From Candidatus Sigynarchaeum calidifontis (GTDB lineage: Archaea; Asgardarchaeota; Lokiarchaeia; Sigyniarchaeales; Sigyniarchaeaceae), in the NCBI GenBank assembly GCA_030587475.2, contig JAUQYZ020000065.1, forward strand, positions 1-48,777: a stretch of 48,777 bases of DNA. The letters are read 5' to 3'. This document shows positions 37,580-46,739 of the stretch, in pieces; within the stretch, counting starts at the first letter, position 1; every line of letters begins with the position of its first letter. Below the pieces are notes generated by a model. That model was not told the origin of the DNA. It saw only the letters and a list, made by a program, of their open reading frames with translations, and made no database searches. The position numbers and the translations under genes are program-made.

Positions 37580-37791
37580 GCGCTCGTGCGAGGGGAATGC
37601 CCGCGACACCCCTCGCTGCAACCAGGAGCAGGCCTTGCAAAGGCCCTAGCGGGAAGGCATGACCGCGCCGGAAAAACGACCAGGCGCGGCGTTGGCAGCA
37701 AGGGAATGACTTTCCGGCATATGAAAACGAGGGCAGTGTGGCCGTTTCCGATAGCAGAAATTCAAACCGATGACAATCTTCAAGACCATTC

Positions 37792-38514
37792 TTGTTGGAA
37801 ATCAATCGGGTGGTGATGCTGATGACACGCACATCGCCGAAGAAGACACCGGCAGAGATCCGGGCGATTCTAGGCATCCAAAGTGCCGAGCCGGGTAATG
37901 ATCTTGTTGATCTCTGGGAGCTGCTAGACCTTATGTTTCCCGAGTTCCCGCCGACCGAGCGTGATGAGGTTTCTCCCGTCCGGCGGTTCCCGGCAGTGTA
38001 TCACCTGTCCTGGTACGAGAAAACGTACTAGCTCCATTACGAGATCGAGCGGGACTGGAACGACACCTTCGTCGACCGGCTCCATGGCCCGTGGCCCGAT
38101 GACATCGATTATTGGCGGGACATCCCGCCCCTGACGAGGAACCGCATGATCCACGCGTGCGCCGCCATGGTTAACGACGCCGATTACGAGGCGATACGCC
38201 ACCATTACGACGCGAACTACTGCATGCCGTGGCTCGATGCGTGGCGTGAGCGGGTCAAGAAACATGACGCTCTCGCGACCAAGACGTGCCCCGATCCACA
38301 CGTGCCGGTCATCGCATTCGAGCTGCCGCTGGCACTCGTGTTCGGATCGGGCGTGCCCCCGGAAAACATCACGAAGATATCACACGCGAGTGCAGATAAT
38401 GCCATTGCCGGGGAAAAAAAAAAGAAACAGAGAAGGCTGGCGATGAACCATCAAAGGCGTCCTAGATCAACCAAGCGGACTTTCAAGCGGGAGGATTTTC
38501 TTCGGGCAGTTTGA
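37792..38514 (+). pseudogene. Hypothetical gene interrupted by one in-frame TAG (38029-38031)
   Basis: ORFs 37792..38031 and 38146..38514 are in the same frame. The intervening codons are open and protein-like (KTY*LHYEIERDWNDTFVDRLHGPW...). Confidence 0.55.
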
Positions 38515-40207
38515 ACAGCACGCCTTGCTTGAGCAATAGATCCTTTACCTTCTCGTGATCCACGTGTCGAAGCTGCACGCCAGCCGATATCGCCACTGCC
38601 GCGGCAACTCCGATTCCTTGCCCGCAAACGATGGTCGTGCCGATGCCCCTGTGCGTGTTCATTGCTGGGTCTTCGAAGCTTACTGCCCGGCCGCAGAATC
38701 CGAGGCCGTCGATGCAGTTAGAGATCAGCGCCCGGAGCGGCACATGGTACCCCCACTTGCCCGGCTTGCCGAGATCCTCCTCGAGCGAGACGTCGTGCCA
38801 GTTCGCGATGCCGACGGCGTCGGGCTTTTCCGTGTGGTTCTTGACATCGTGGCCGGTGATCCGGTAGATGCCGTTCGGGATCCGGGTCGTTCGCAGGCCC
38901 ATGCGGTCGACCGTCTTGAGGATATACGAGTTTTCCCAGCCAGGCATGTGACGCATCACCCGGTAGATGCCCGCGGAGCCGTACGCGTTTCGGACATGTT
39001 CCTCCGACCAGATCACCGGATCGAGCGATTCCCATCGATAATAAGGGCCATCGAGGCAGAAATTGCCGTGGCCGGGTGGTCCGATCCACTTTGCATAGAA
39101 GCCGACGAACGGGGACTTGCTCTTCACGATGCAATCCAAATCCTCCATCTCGTCGGCTTGATCCCACATCTCTTTTGGCGCCCCCACCGCGGTTTTCTTG
39201 CTCTTGATCCAGACGAGGCGCCCTGTCTCTGCATGTTTCTTGAACTGGGCCGGATCGGCCGGATAGAACTCGAACGGGGATGAGGCCCGTTCCGGCGTCA
39301 TCTGCGAGAGCGCCCAGGCCGTCCACTTGGCCATGTCGACGCCCCCGATCCACACGTAGCTTTGCGTCAAGCCACGGCGTTCCGGCGGCCGGATACGACA
39401 CCCGCGGTTCCCCCAATTTCCCGGCGGCACGTCTCGATCGGGCTCGTTGCCTGGCGTCCCCCCGAGCCACCACGACACGAGAGCATTTGCGCTGGCATCG
39501 ATGAGCATCTTGGCCAGGATGGCTCCCCTCCCCCATGCATGCTCCACGATCACGCCCTCGCACGCGTGCAATATCGGCTCCGGGGGCATAGAACCGGGCA
39601 GCGATTGGAGGCCACCTGGTTTCGGTAATGATAGAACATCTTGTCCTTGCCGCTTTGCGACGACCGGCGCGACCGCCCTCGCATCAAGGAGCAGGTCAAT
39701 CCCCGCCTCGTCGCACATTTCGAGCAATGTGAGCTTGATCGCTTCGATGTTCAGCGCCTCCTCACCGCACAAGTCATGGTCTGGCCCGAGAAACGGGAAC
39801 GACGCGGTGTTGGACTTGTGCAGGCTCACGAGATCCTCCCACAAGCGATCCGAGCCGCCCTTGACGACGATCCGCTCGACCATCTCGATGCCGATGCCGA
39901 GAATCCGCCATTGACCTACATTGAGCCGGAAAGCGTTCGTCTTCCATTGCGTGACCATCGTTGCCACGGATTGACCGCCCAAGTAGGTATTTTGCTCGAT
40001 CACCATTATCTTGCGTCCATTTTGACCCAATGACTTGAATGCCCTTGCGCACGACACAGCTGCAGCTACGCCACTCGGTGATCCGCCGATGACAGCGACG
40101 TCGACGTCGGCAATGACGGGACAATCGAGAGCGTCGCGCGTGTATATCATGGGCTGGTAACCAATGGTTGGTTTCATGCTTGTTCCCTTGCCGGATCTTG
40201 GATCCAT
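38483..40207 (-). CDS. FAD-dependent oxidoreductase (FAD_oxidored-type)
   Basis: DVAVIGGSPSGVAAA, EQNTYLGG, IDAS, YHVPLRAL, CGRAVS and GQGIGVAAA. Confidence 0.87.
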   Translation of the reverse strand: MDPRSGKGTSMKPTIGYQPMIYTRDALDCPVIADVDVAVIGGSPSGVAAAVSCARAFKSLGQNGRKIMVIEQNTYLGGQSVATMVTQWKTNAFRLNVGQWRILGIGIEMVERIVVKGGSDRLWEDLVSLHKSNTASFPFLGPDHDLCGEEALNIEAIKLTLLEMCDEAGIDLLLDARAVAPVVAKRQGQDVLSLPKPGGLQSLPGSMPPEPILHACEGVIVEHAWGRGAILAKMLIDASANALVSWWLGGTPGNEPDRDVPPGNWGNRGCRIRPPERRGLTQSYVWIGGVDMAKWTAWALSQMTPERASSPFEFYPADPAQFKKHAETGRLVWIKSKKTAVGAPKEMWDQADEMEDLDCIVKSKSPFVGFYAKWIGPPGHGNFCLDGPYYRWESLDPVIWSEEHVRNAYGSAGIYRVMRHMPGWENSYILKTVDRMGLRTTRIPNGIYRITGHDVKNHTEKPDAVGIANWHDVSLEEDLGKPGKWGYHVPLRALISNCIDGLGFCGRAVSFEDPAMNTHRGIGTTIVCGQGIGVAAAVAISAGVQLRHVDHEKVKDLLLKQGVLFKLPEENPPA

Positions 40208-40539
40208 GGAATAAAAAGTCGAATCAGCAAGGAAATCACATCTTAGTCGAGTTATTCTGGCCGGACGCGATTGCGTGTCCAGCAGACACCCGCCAGATCA
40301 GGCATCGAAAAAAACACGGTCGATGATCAATTGCCGTGCGATATGCTCCTTGATAGCATTGTCTTCTTCGGCCACTCTTTCGATATAATCTCGAGTTCTG
40401 GTTTTTAGATGATCCCGTCGCGATCTTTGCTGGACGGTACTTGATAGTCGGGCCGTGAGGCCATGAATTTCCTCGATCAGCTCGTAATAAAAGACCGTGT
40501 TATACCAGCTTTTAATCCACGACCAACCAATAATAAATA

Positions 40540-41265
40540 ATGAGTATTGCCGGGACGAATTACTTCTACTTCATCATCGTGCTTCCACCAGTCTTAGTGT
40601 TATTCTATTGCATCAACAAGTTCGTGAAACAAGATAGCCATGCCCAGAGGATCTTGCTTGTTTCCATAGCACTTTTTTTCGTGCGCGTGATGCTTCTCTT
40701 GTTCGCGGATTCGATTGGCGTGATGCCCCGCGTCCGGCCCGAGCTGGCGTTCTACAGTTTGCTCGCCGTGTTCGGCGTGCTCTTTAGTTTCGGCAACGTG
40801 AAGCTGATCGAGAAGCGAACCTTAACCTTTTTCGGCTGGACCTCGGGCAACCTCGTGAAAAACGTTTTGATCGGGCTCCTCGGCCTCCTCCCCTTGATCG
40901 CGTTCCTGCCCGTGATCTACTTTACAACGCATTTCGCCATTTCGAGTGAAGTCACCATTGAAAAAATCGTTCTCGCGTCCACGTTTGGCTTGATCTTGGG
41001 CGGCTTTTATGAAGAAGTCATGTTTAGAGGCATCATTCAGTTCCACGTTGAGCAGATAACGACCAAGAACCGGGCCATGGTTTACACGGCGATCATCTTC
41101 GTGCTGACCCACGTCGGGTACTTACCGTTCGACGCGTTCGGCATCTACTATTGGTTCTTGCTCATCATGGCACTCGAATTGAGCTATGTCAGGTCGAGAT
41201 ATAACGCGATATCGTGCGCGGTCTTGCACGGGGGAATCGTTTTTTTCTTGATCCTACTGGTTTAA
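40540..41265 (+). CDS. CPBP (CAAX/Abi) intramembrane metalloprotease
   Basis: EEVMFRG, FVLTH and VLH motifs within a multi-pass membrane protein. Confidence 0.9.
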   Translation: MSIAGTNYFYFIIVLPPVLVLFYCINKFVKQDSHAQRILLVSIALFFVRVMLLLFADSIGVMPRVRPELAFYSLLAVFGVLFSFGNVKLIEKRTLTFFGWTSGNLVKNVLIGLLGLLPLIAFLPVIYFTTHFAISSEVTIEKIVLASTFGLILGGFYEEVMFRGIIQFHVEQITTKNRAMVYTAIIFVLTHVGYLPFDAFGIYYWFLLIMALELSYVRSRYNAISCAVLHGGIVFFLILLV

Positions 41266-41386
41266 AGGGTTACTCCTGCGTCGACACTTTTGTTAAAATA
41301 CTTCGGCGTGCATTCTGGAAGGATGTGAAAGAGCAACACTTTTCAAGAGATCAGAGATTAGCCGGTTCCCATTATTGTGTGCCGTG

Positions 41387-41941
41387 CTAGTACACGATCC
41401 ATCGGTACCGGCATGACTGGCGGTGCCCTTCCTCGTACAAGAAGCAGTCGGGCGGTATATCGACGACCTCGACGAGCTTGCAGCCGATGAGTTCGCACGT
41501 CCGGCGCGATGCGGCGTTTTCGGGATCGCACGCGATCCAGATCACGTCCATGAAGTAGTCCATCGCGACCTCCTTGACCAGCATGCACGCCTTTGCCGCG
41601 TAGTGGTGCCCCCGGTGCGATTCCCGTATGGTGAAACCGAGCTGGCCGTTGTACCGGACGAGGAAATCGCTGTACCCAAGGCTCAAGCTTACCCGGCCTA
41701 TCTTTTCAGGGTTGTCATGCAATGCCACCTTGAAATAATAGGTTGGTGGCCAATCAACGCCCTTATTGTGCTTGGCAGGGAACTCTAGCTCCACAGAAAC
41801 GTCGATCTCGCCGTCCGTGAGGATCGGGTACTTCTTGAACTCGAACTTGCCCAATGATCGTTCACCATTCCCGGATCTACGGAAGACACGGGTCTTGTTA
41901 ACTGATAATGGACCCACGGCCATTTGGACTTGATCGTTCAT
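41387..41941 (-). CDS. GNAT family N-acetyltransferase
   Basis: GQLGFTIRESHRGHHYA and CDPENAASRRTCELIG. Start is uncertain. Confidence 0.85.
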   Translation of the reverse strand: MNDQVQMAVGPLSVNKTRVFRRSGNGERSLGKFEFKKYPILTDGEIDVSVELEFPAKHNKGVDWPPTYYFKVALHDNPEKIGRVSLSLGYSDFLVRYNGQLGFTIRESHRGHHYAAKACMLVKEVAMDYFMDVIWIACDPENAASRRTCELIGCKLVEVVDIPPDCFLYEEGHRQSCRYRWIVY

Positions 41942-42326
41942 TCGATGTCCACGAAGCCGTGGCGAGAAAAACACTTTTCTTTGAGCATGTACGTCGTGCG
42001 CAAAGCAGGGATCGGGTGGAGAACAAGCTCCCACGCGCACGCTGCGGAGGAGCTCATCCAGGTCGGCGCCGATGACATTCGTACGTGGTAGCATCCACCA
42101 TCTTGATAACCGCCACATGAAGCTGAACGGATGGTTCCGCGGGTGAGGAATGCTGGGGAGCGCTCCTCGCGGATTAGATCGACGGGCATCCGCTGGTTCG
42201 ATAAAGGAACATCATTGGAATTTAACTGGAGTTACTTGTCCATGCCATTCATGTCCCACCTCTCCGATGATCTAAACCAATTCGTTCGATAGAAGTACAT
42301 AAGGTTCCTACACAAAAGAATGAAGT

Positions 42327-43490
42327 ATGTGTTTAGATGAGGAGTGGAGGCCCCGACCGGACCTTACCCTCCACGCGGATTATCCCGTGCTCCAGCTCAC
42401 GAACAAGGGCAGCGTCAATGTTTGCCAGTACTTCACCCACCGCAGCTGGACGCGGGATGACAAGCACCTCGTGTTTGCTTCCAACAGGGCCGGTGGCGTG
42501 GATTTGTTTGCAGCGAACATCATCACGGGCGAGATTAACCGGCTCACCAGGGATAAAAGCATGTTCTTGTTCTGTTGGGCCATCACGCCCGACGATCGCG
42601 AGGTCCTCTACGTCGGCGGGCCGGGGCATAACGAGTTTCGCCTGGTAGACATGCAAGGTCTCGAGGACCGTCTCGTGGCCAAGTTTCCCCCGCGCTTTGC
42701 CGGGTTTTCCCCGTCCATCATCGACGTGGCACCCGATGGCGACACGTTTTACATGTGCATTAAAAAGCATCCCACCCTCTACCCGTCGAACTTGCTCGTC
42801 GGATCGATCGGCCGTGGCACCGTTACCCCTTTCTTCTCGGCCGAGGACGAGGTCGCCCATTACTTCGACCATCAGATGCTATGCCCCACAAATCCGTCCC
42901 TCTTGCAAGTGAACAAGACCCACCGGAGCCAGGTCGGCCACGGCGACGCGCCCCAGCGCATGTGGCTGCTAAACGTCACCACCCGGGAGATGCGGCCGCT
43001 GTACAAGCAAAAGAAAGGTAAGCTCCGCCGGTTCGAACGCGTTGGCCACGAGGCATGGTTACCCGACGGGAAGCATCTATGCTTCGTCGTCCGGCGCAAC
43101 AAGGTCAAGATCGTCTCGATCGACGGCGCGTTTGGCAGCGAACGGTCGTGGTGCGCTGGAAAGGGGCCGAATTTCTGGCACGTCTCCGCCAATCCGGCGA
43201 GGCCCATGCTTGCAGCGGACACCATGTGGAAGGACACGGGTATCTGGCTGATCGAGCTCGTCTCGGGCGCTCGCGGGCGCCTTTTCAACATCTGCGCCTC
43301 GAACTCCGAATGGCAGGACCCGTCGTTTGCCGACCTGGAAAAAACGTTTTCCTACCCGATTCAAGGCCACCCGCATCCAGGCTGGAGCCCATCAGGCCGG
43401 TACTTGCATTTCACGACGTATTCCGTGGCCGACAAAGCGATACACGTTTGTATCGTCGACGTGAAGGCAAACCCGTTTGACTATATATGA
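42327..43490 (+). CDS. Oligogalacturonate lyase-like / TolB-like beta-propeller
   Basis: YFTHRSWTRDDKHLVFASNR, HEAWLPDG, WH and HPHPGWSPSGR, resembling Ogl-family motifs. Confidence 0.75.
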   Translation: MCLDEEWRPRPDLTLHADYPVLQLTNKGSVNVCQYFTHRSWTRDDKHLVFASNRAGGVDLFAANIITGEINRLTRDKSMFLFCWAITPDDREVLYVGGPGHNEFRLVDMQGLEDRLVAKFPPRFAGFSPSIIDVAPDGDTFYMCIKKHPTLYPSNLLVGSIGRGTVTPFFSAEDEVAHYFDHQMLCPTNPSLLQVNKTHRSQVGHGDAPQRMWLLNVTTREMRPLYKQKKGKLRRFERVGHEAWLPDGKHLCFVVRRNKVKIVSIDGAFGSERSWCAGKGPNFWHVSANPARPMLAADTMWKDTGIWLIELVSGARGRLFNICASNSEWQDPSFADLEKTFSYPIQGHPHPGWSPSGRYLHFTTYSVADKAIHVCIVDVKANPFDYI

Positions 43491-43558
43491 TATACTCCAC
43501 CTGTTGAAATCAACGAAGAACATATATTGCTTCATCGCGCTAGTGGTGTTGGATCCAA

Positions 43559-44236
43559 ATGAATGAACCGGTTAGCGAGTTTGGTATAAGGGTGCTTTCC
43601 CCGGAATTCAAGGCCACGCTCGGCAGCGAGGAGGCCGAGATCATGGAGGCTATCTATCTAGGCTTCGGCGATCTCGAGTCCATCCATTTCATAACCGGGA
43701 TACCCGTCCCTTGCATCGAGCGAAAGGTAGGAGCACTGATCGCAATGGGCCTCGTCACGGCGAGCCAGGATGCTTATCAACTAGGAAAAGCAGTGGTAAA
43801 ACCAATCCCGACACTGCTAGAGAAAGACCGCCATCTGAAAAAATCGGCAACGCCGGTAATAGCAAGCAAGCAAGAAAAACGGGTACTCGTGGTTGACGAC
43901 GAGCCTGACATCCGTCTCATCATCCGCATGGTGCTGGAAAAGCAAGGCTATGTCGTGCTGGAAGCTAGCAATGGCCAGAACGCTCTGGATTTACTCGATT
44001 CCTTGGGACCGAATGCCGTAGCGTGCGTCATCACGGATTACTTGATGCCGCACATGAACGGTCTCCAGCTCTGCGACGAGCTACGCAAGCATCGGGACCT
44101 CCAGATCACCATTTTCTTGATAACTGCATATCTTGACAAGGCAAGATTCGAAGCCACGCGGTGCTTCGATGAAAAATTCATGAAACCGCTCGATTTCGAG
44201 GAACTAGTGTCCCGCCTATCGATGCACGTAGCTTGA
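43559..44236 (+). CDS. Response regulator: N-terminal winged-HTH-like segment plus C-terminal receiver domain
   Basis: VLVVDDE, ITDYLMPHMNG (phosphoacceptor Asp), ITA and KP. The N-terminus has an HTH-like pattern (LESIHFITGIPVPCIERKVGALIAMGLV). Confidence 0.85.
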   Translation: MNEPVSEFGIRVLSPEFKATLGSEEAEIMEAIYLGFGDLESIHFITGIPVPCIERKVGALIAMGLVTASQDAYQLGKAVVKPIPTLLEKDRHLKKSATPVIASKQEKRVLVVDDEPDIRLIIRMVLEKQGYVVLEASNGQNALDLLDSLGPNAVACVITDYLMPHMNGLQLCDELRKHRDLQITIFLITAYLDKARFEATRCFDEKFMKPLDFEELVSRLSMHVA

Positions 44237-44452
44237 GTCCATACCTTAATCCAAAACATGCACGACCATTCTTTTCAACTCGGGTGTAACAGAATACCTC
44301 ACACGGCGATGCTTGCCCAGAAAAACCCGATCTCGATAGCCGTCCCGGATGGAACACGCCCCCGATAGCCTCCCATGCAACCATGCTTATGGCCAGCAGC
44401 AGCAATTTCTAAAACCCAGGGCGAACCCATAGAAGATCAAGACGTGAGAAAC

Positions 44453-45109
44453 ATGCGAATAGCTATCTTGGGGGGCACCGGACGGACGGGACAATGGATT
44501 CTCAAGGAAGGCGTGGAACGCGGACACGAGCTCGTCGCGTTGGTTCGCGCCCCGGAAAAGATACCTGGTGCGTCGCCACGTTTACACGTCGTCAAGGGGT
44601 CACCGATGCACATCGATGACGTCCGGAAGGCCGTGAAGGGGGCCGATGCCGTGGTGAGCGCGCTGAACGTCAACCGATCATCCGATCTCCCGTGGGCCAA
44701 GGTAATATCGCCGAAGGACCTCATCTCCGCCAGCATCAAGAACGCGATCGATGCCATGCACGAGGAACAAGTCAAGCGGATCGTCGTGATCAGTGCATAT
44801 GGCGTTGCCGAAACTAAAAAGAATATCGGAGCCATTGGTCGCTTTTTCCTGTACGGGACGAACGTCAAGTACGCGTACATCGACCACGAGCGGCAGGAAC
44901 GGCTCTTGATGGCGTCAGACCTCGACTGGACGGCGCTACGCCCCACGCGCCTCGTTAGCAATAGTGCTTTGAAGCAAGTCATCGCGAGTATCGACGGCAT
45001 CCCGAGGCCGAGGGGAAGCATTTCCCGCAGGAATCTTGCCCGCTTCATATTAGATTGTGTAGAAAGAGGGTTGTACGTGAGGCAGGCACCCACGGTGTCG
45101 CAAAAATGA
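44453..45109 (+). CDS. NAD(P)-binding atypical SDR (flavin/biliverdin reductase B-like)
   Basis: IAILGGTGRTG, ALVR, DWTALRP and ISRRNLA motifs. Confidence 0.9.
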   Translation: MRIAILGGTGRTGQWILKEGVERGHELVALVRAPEKIPGASPRLHVVKGSPMHIDDVRKAVKGADAVVSALNVNRSSDLPWAKVISPKDLISASIKNAIDAMHEEQVKRIVVISAYGVAETKKNIGAIGRFFLYGTNVKYAYIDHERQERLLMASDLDWTALRPTRLVSNSALKQVIASIDGIPRPRGSISRRNLARFILDCVERGLYVRQAPTVSQK

Positions 45110-45139
45110 GGGATGCGTGGCGTACATCCCGGGCCCGTG

Positions 45140-46564
45140 TCATTCCTTTCTATGTACCGATTCGGGCTGGCGCCTGGCAAGGAAATCTCGCTCCTTTTGC
45201 GCGTGTAGCTCCATAAGATACTTTTTTTTCTTGAGCCAGCCCTGTCCATCGAGCGGGTACCAGTGGAGGGCGATGGCGCTCAAGAGGGTGCCGGCCGCCG
45301 GCAACAGCGACATTGCCACGAGGATGCCCGTGGCAACCAACGGGGGCTGCGATTGCTTCACGCCATCCACTGGTGGCACGAAACCAAAAGCGGTGATGAT
45401 GGCCATGAACCCCCAGTTTGCAACGGAAATGCCTGGTTTAGTCACGATGGCGTTGACACCGCCATAAATGGCCTCCCGCCGTTTTCCGGTGATCAGCTCG
45501 TCGTTGTCGATCGTGTCGCCCATCACGACACCGTTGCAGATCAACGCACCGGCAAATGCAAACCCGAGGCCGCCTAATGGGATGCTGACGAGGAAAGCAT
45601 CTCTCCCCATGAAGAAGAGCACGAGGAACCAGATGGTGAAGAGGTAGTAACACGCGATCATGGTCTTCTTGGCTTGCCACCGGTCGAGAAGCCGCGTGAA
45701 CACGATTACCCCGACGACGACGAGCAAGACAAAACTGAGCAAGGCCGGCAAGACGTTCTGGCCAGGTACAACGTAGTCGATGAAATACAAGATACCAGTC
45801 TGGATGAGCGGGGCGAGCATGGAGAGAAGAAACGCCGGGATCATGATGATCCAGAAGGGCTTGTTTTTCAACGTGTCGCGGAGCCCCTGGACGAAACCCT
45901 CGTGCTCTTGATCTTGCGCGAACATGTTTTCCTTCAGCCCGAATGACGTGACATATAATATCACGCCACACGCCACGCCAAGCACGATCATGAGCGGCGC
46001 GAACAGCGGGTGGATCCCGGCTTGGCCTGTCAAGAGGAACATGGGTAATAGCAAGCCGAGCCCCAGGTTAAGGAAGCCGAACACTGACGAGTAGATGGTC
46101 AGGCTCGCCCGCTGCCCCGCGGTCACGGCGATCTCGTTGGGAAGCGAGAAGAAGCAGCAGCCAACGAACGTGAACATCGTGTCAAGAAGGAATAATGCCA
46201 CCAGGAAATTGATGAAGAGGCCCAATTGATCCCCTGGTGCCGCGATAGGAAACCAGCAAAATAAAAAGGCAGCCACGTAGAATACAGACCCGTACCGGAT
46301 GTAAGGAATGCGCCGGCCGATGCGCGTGCGCGTGTTGTCGATGATATATGAAAACAACGGGTCGTTCAGCGTGTTCCAGATGGCGAAAATGAGCCATGCC
46401 CAGCCGACAAGATCCGGGTGGAGTCCGACCTTTTCCTCGTAAAAAAATGTCATGTTTGCGAAGGGAAAACCATTGAGAAAGCCATTCGCGAAGTTCCCGA
46501 GCCCCAAGTAAAGCTTGACTTTTCTCGGAATGGATTCTTCAAGGACAACGCGCTCACCGCTCAT
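45140..46564 (-). CDS. GPH-family (MelB-like) MFS sugar:cation symporter
   Basis: WNTLNDP, DNTRTRIGRRIPY and DTIDNDELITGKRREAIY motifs, with 12 TM segments. Confidence 0.92.
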   Translation of the reverse strand: MSGERVVLEESIPRKVKLYLGLGNFANGFLNGFPFANMTFFYEEKVGLHPDLVGWAWLIFAIWNTLNDPLFSYIIDNTRTRIGRRIPYIRYGSVFYVAAFLFCWFPIAAPGDQLGLFINFLVALFLLDTMFTFVGCCFFSLPNEIAVTAGQRASLTIYSSVFGFLNLGLGLLLPMFLLTGQAGIHPLFAPLMIVLGVACGVILYVTSFGLKENMFAQDQEHEGFVQGLRDTLKNKPFWIIMIPAFLLSMLAPLIQTGILYFIDYVVPGQNVLPALLSFVLLVVVGVIVFTRLLDRWQAKKTMIACYYLFTIWFLVLFFMGRDAFLVSIPLGGLGFAFAGALICNGVVMGDTIDNDELITGKRREAIYGGVNAIVTKPGISVANWGFMAIITAFGFVPPVDGVKQSQPPLVATGILVAMSLLPAAGTLLSAIALHWYPLDGQGWLKKKKYLMELHAQKERDFLARRQPESVHRKE

Positions 46565-46739
46565 GTTTCCTCTTCGTGCTCGTGTTTTAAATCGATATGG
46601 GAGGATTACTTCTAGGATCCAAGACGACTAGACTTATTCGCGGTAGCCTACGATCCTAAATAGAGGAACGTACCATTACGACGTTAATCCAGGGCGCGCA
46701 TCAAAGCCTCAACAATCAAACAGAACGAGCACGATTAAA

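Noticed and set aside
37721-37752. Second ATGA...GA SECIS candidate
   Set aside because: The helix register is poor and there are no apical adenines.
40208-40500. Possible decayed phosphotransferase remnant on the minus strand (HG.. / LIID.VFFD / LLD fragments)
   Set aside because: It needs frameshifts and several stops to assemble, which is too weak without a homology search.
41938-42260. Possible upstream ORF or N-terminal extension of the GNAT gene
   Set aside because: No frame gives a convincing protein. It could be a decayed gene, but this is unsupported.
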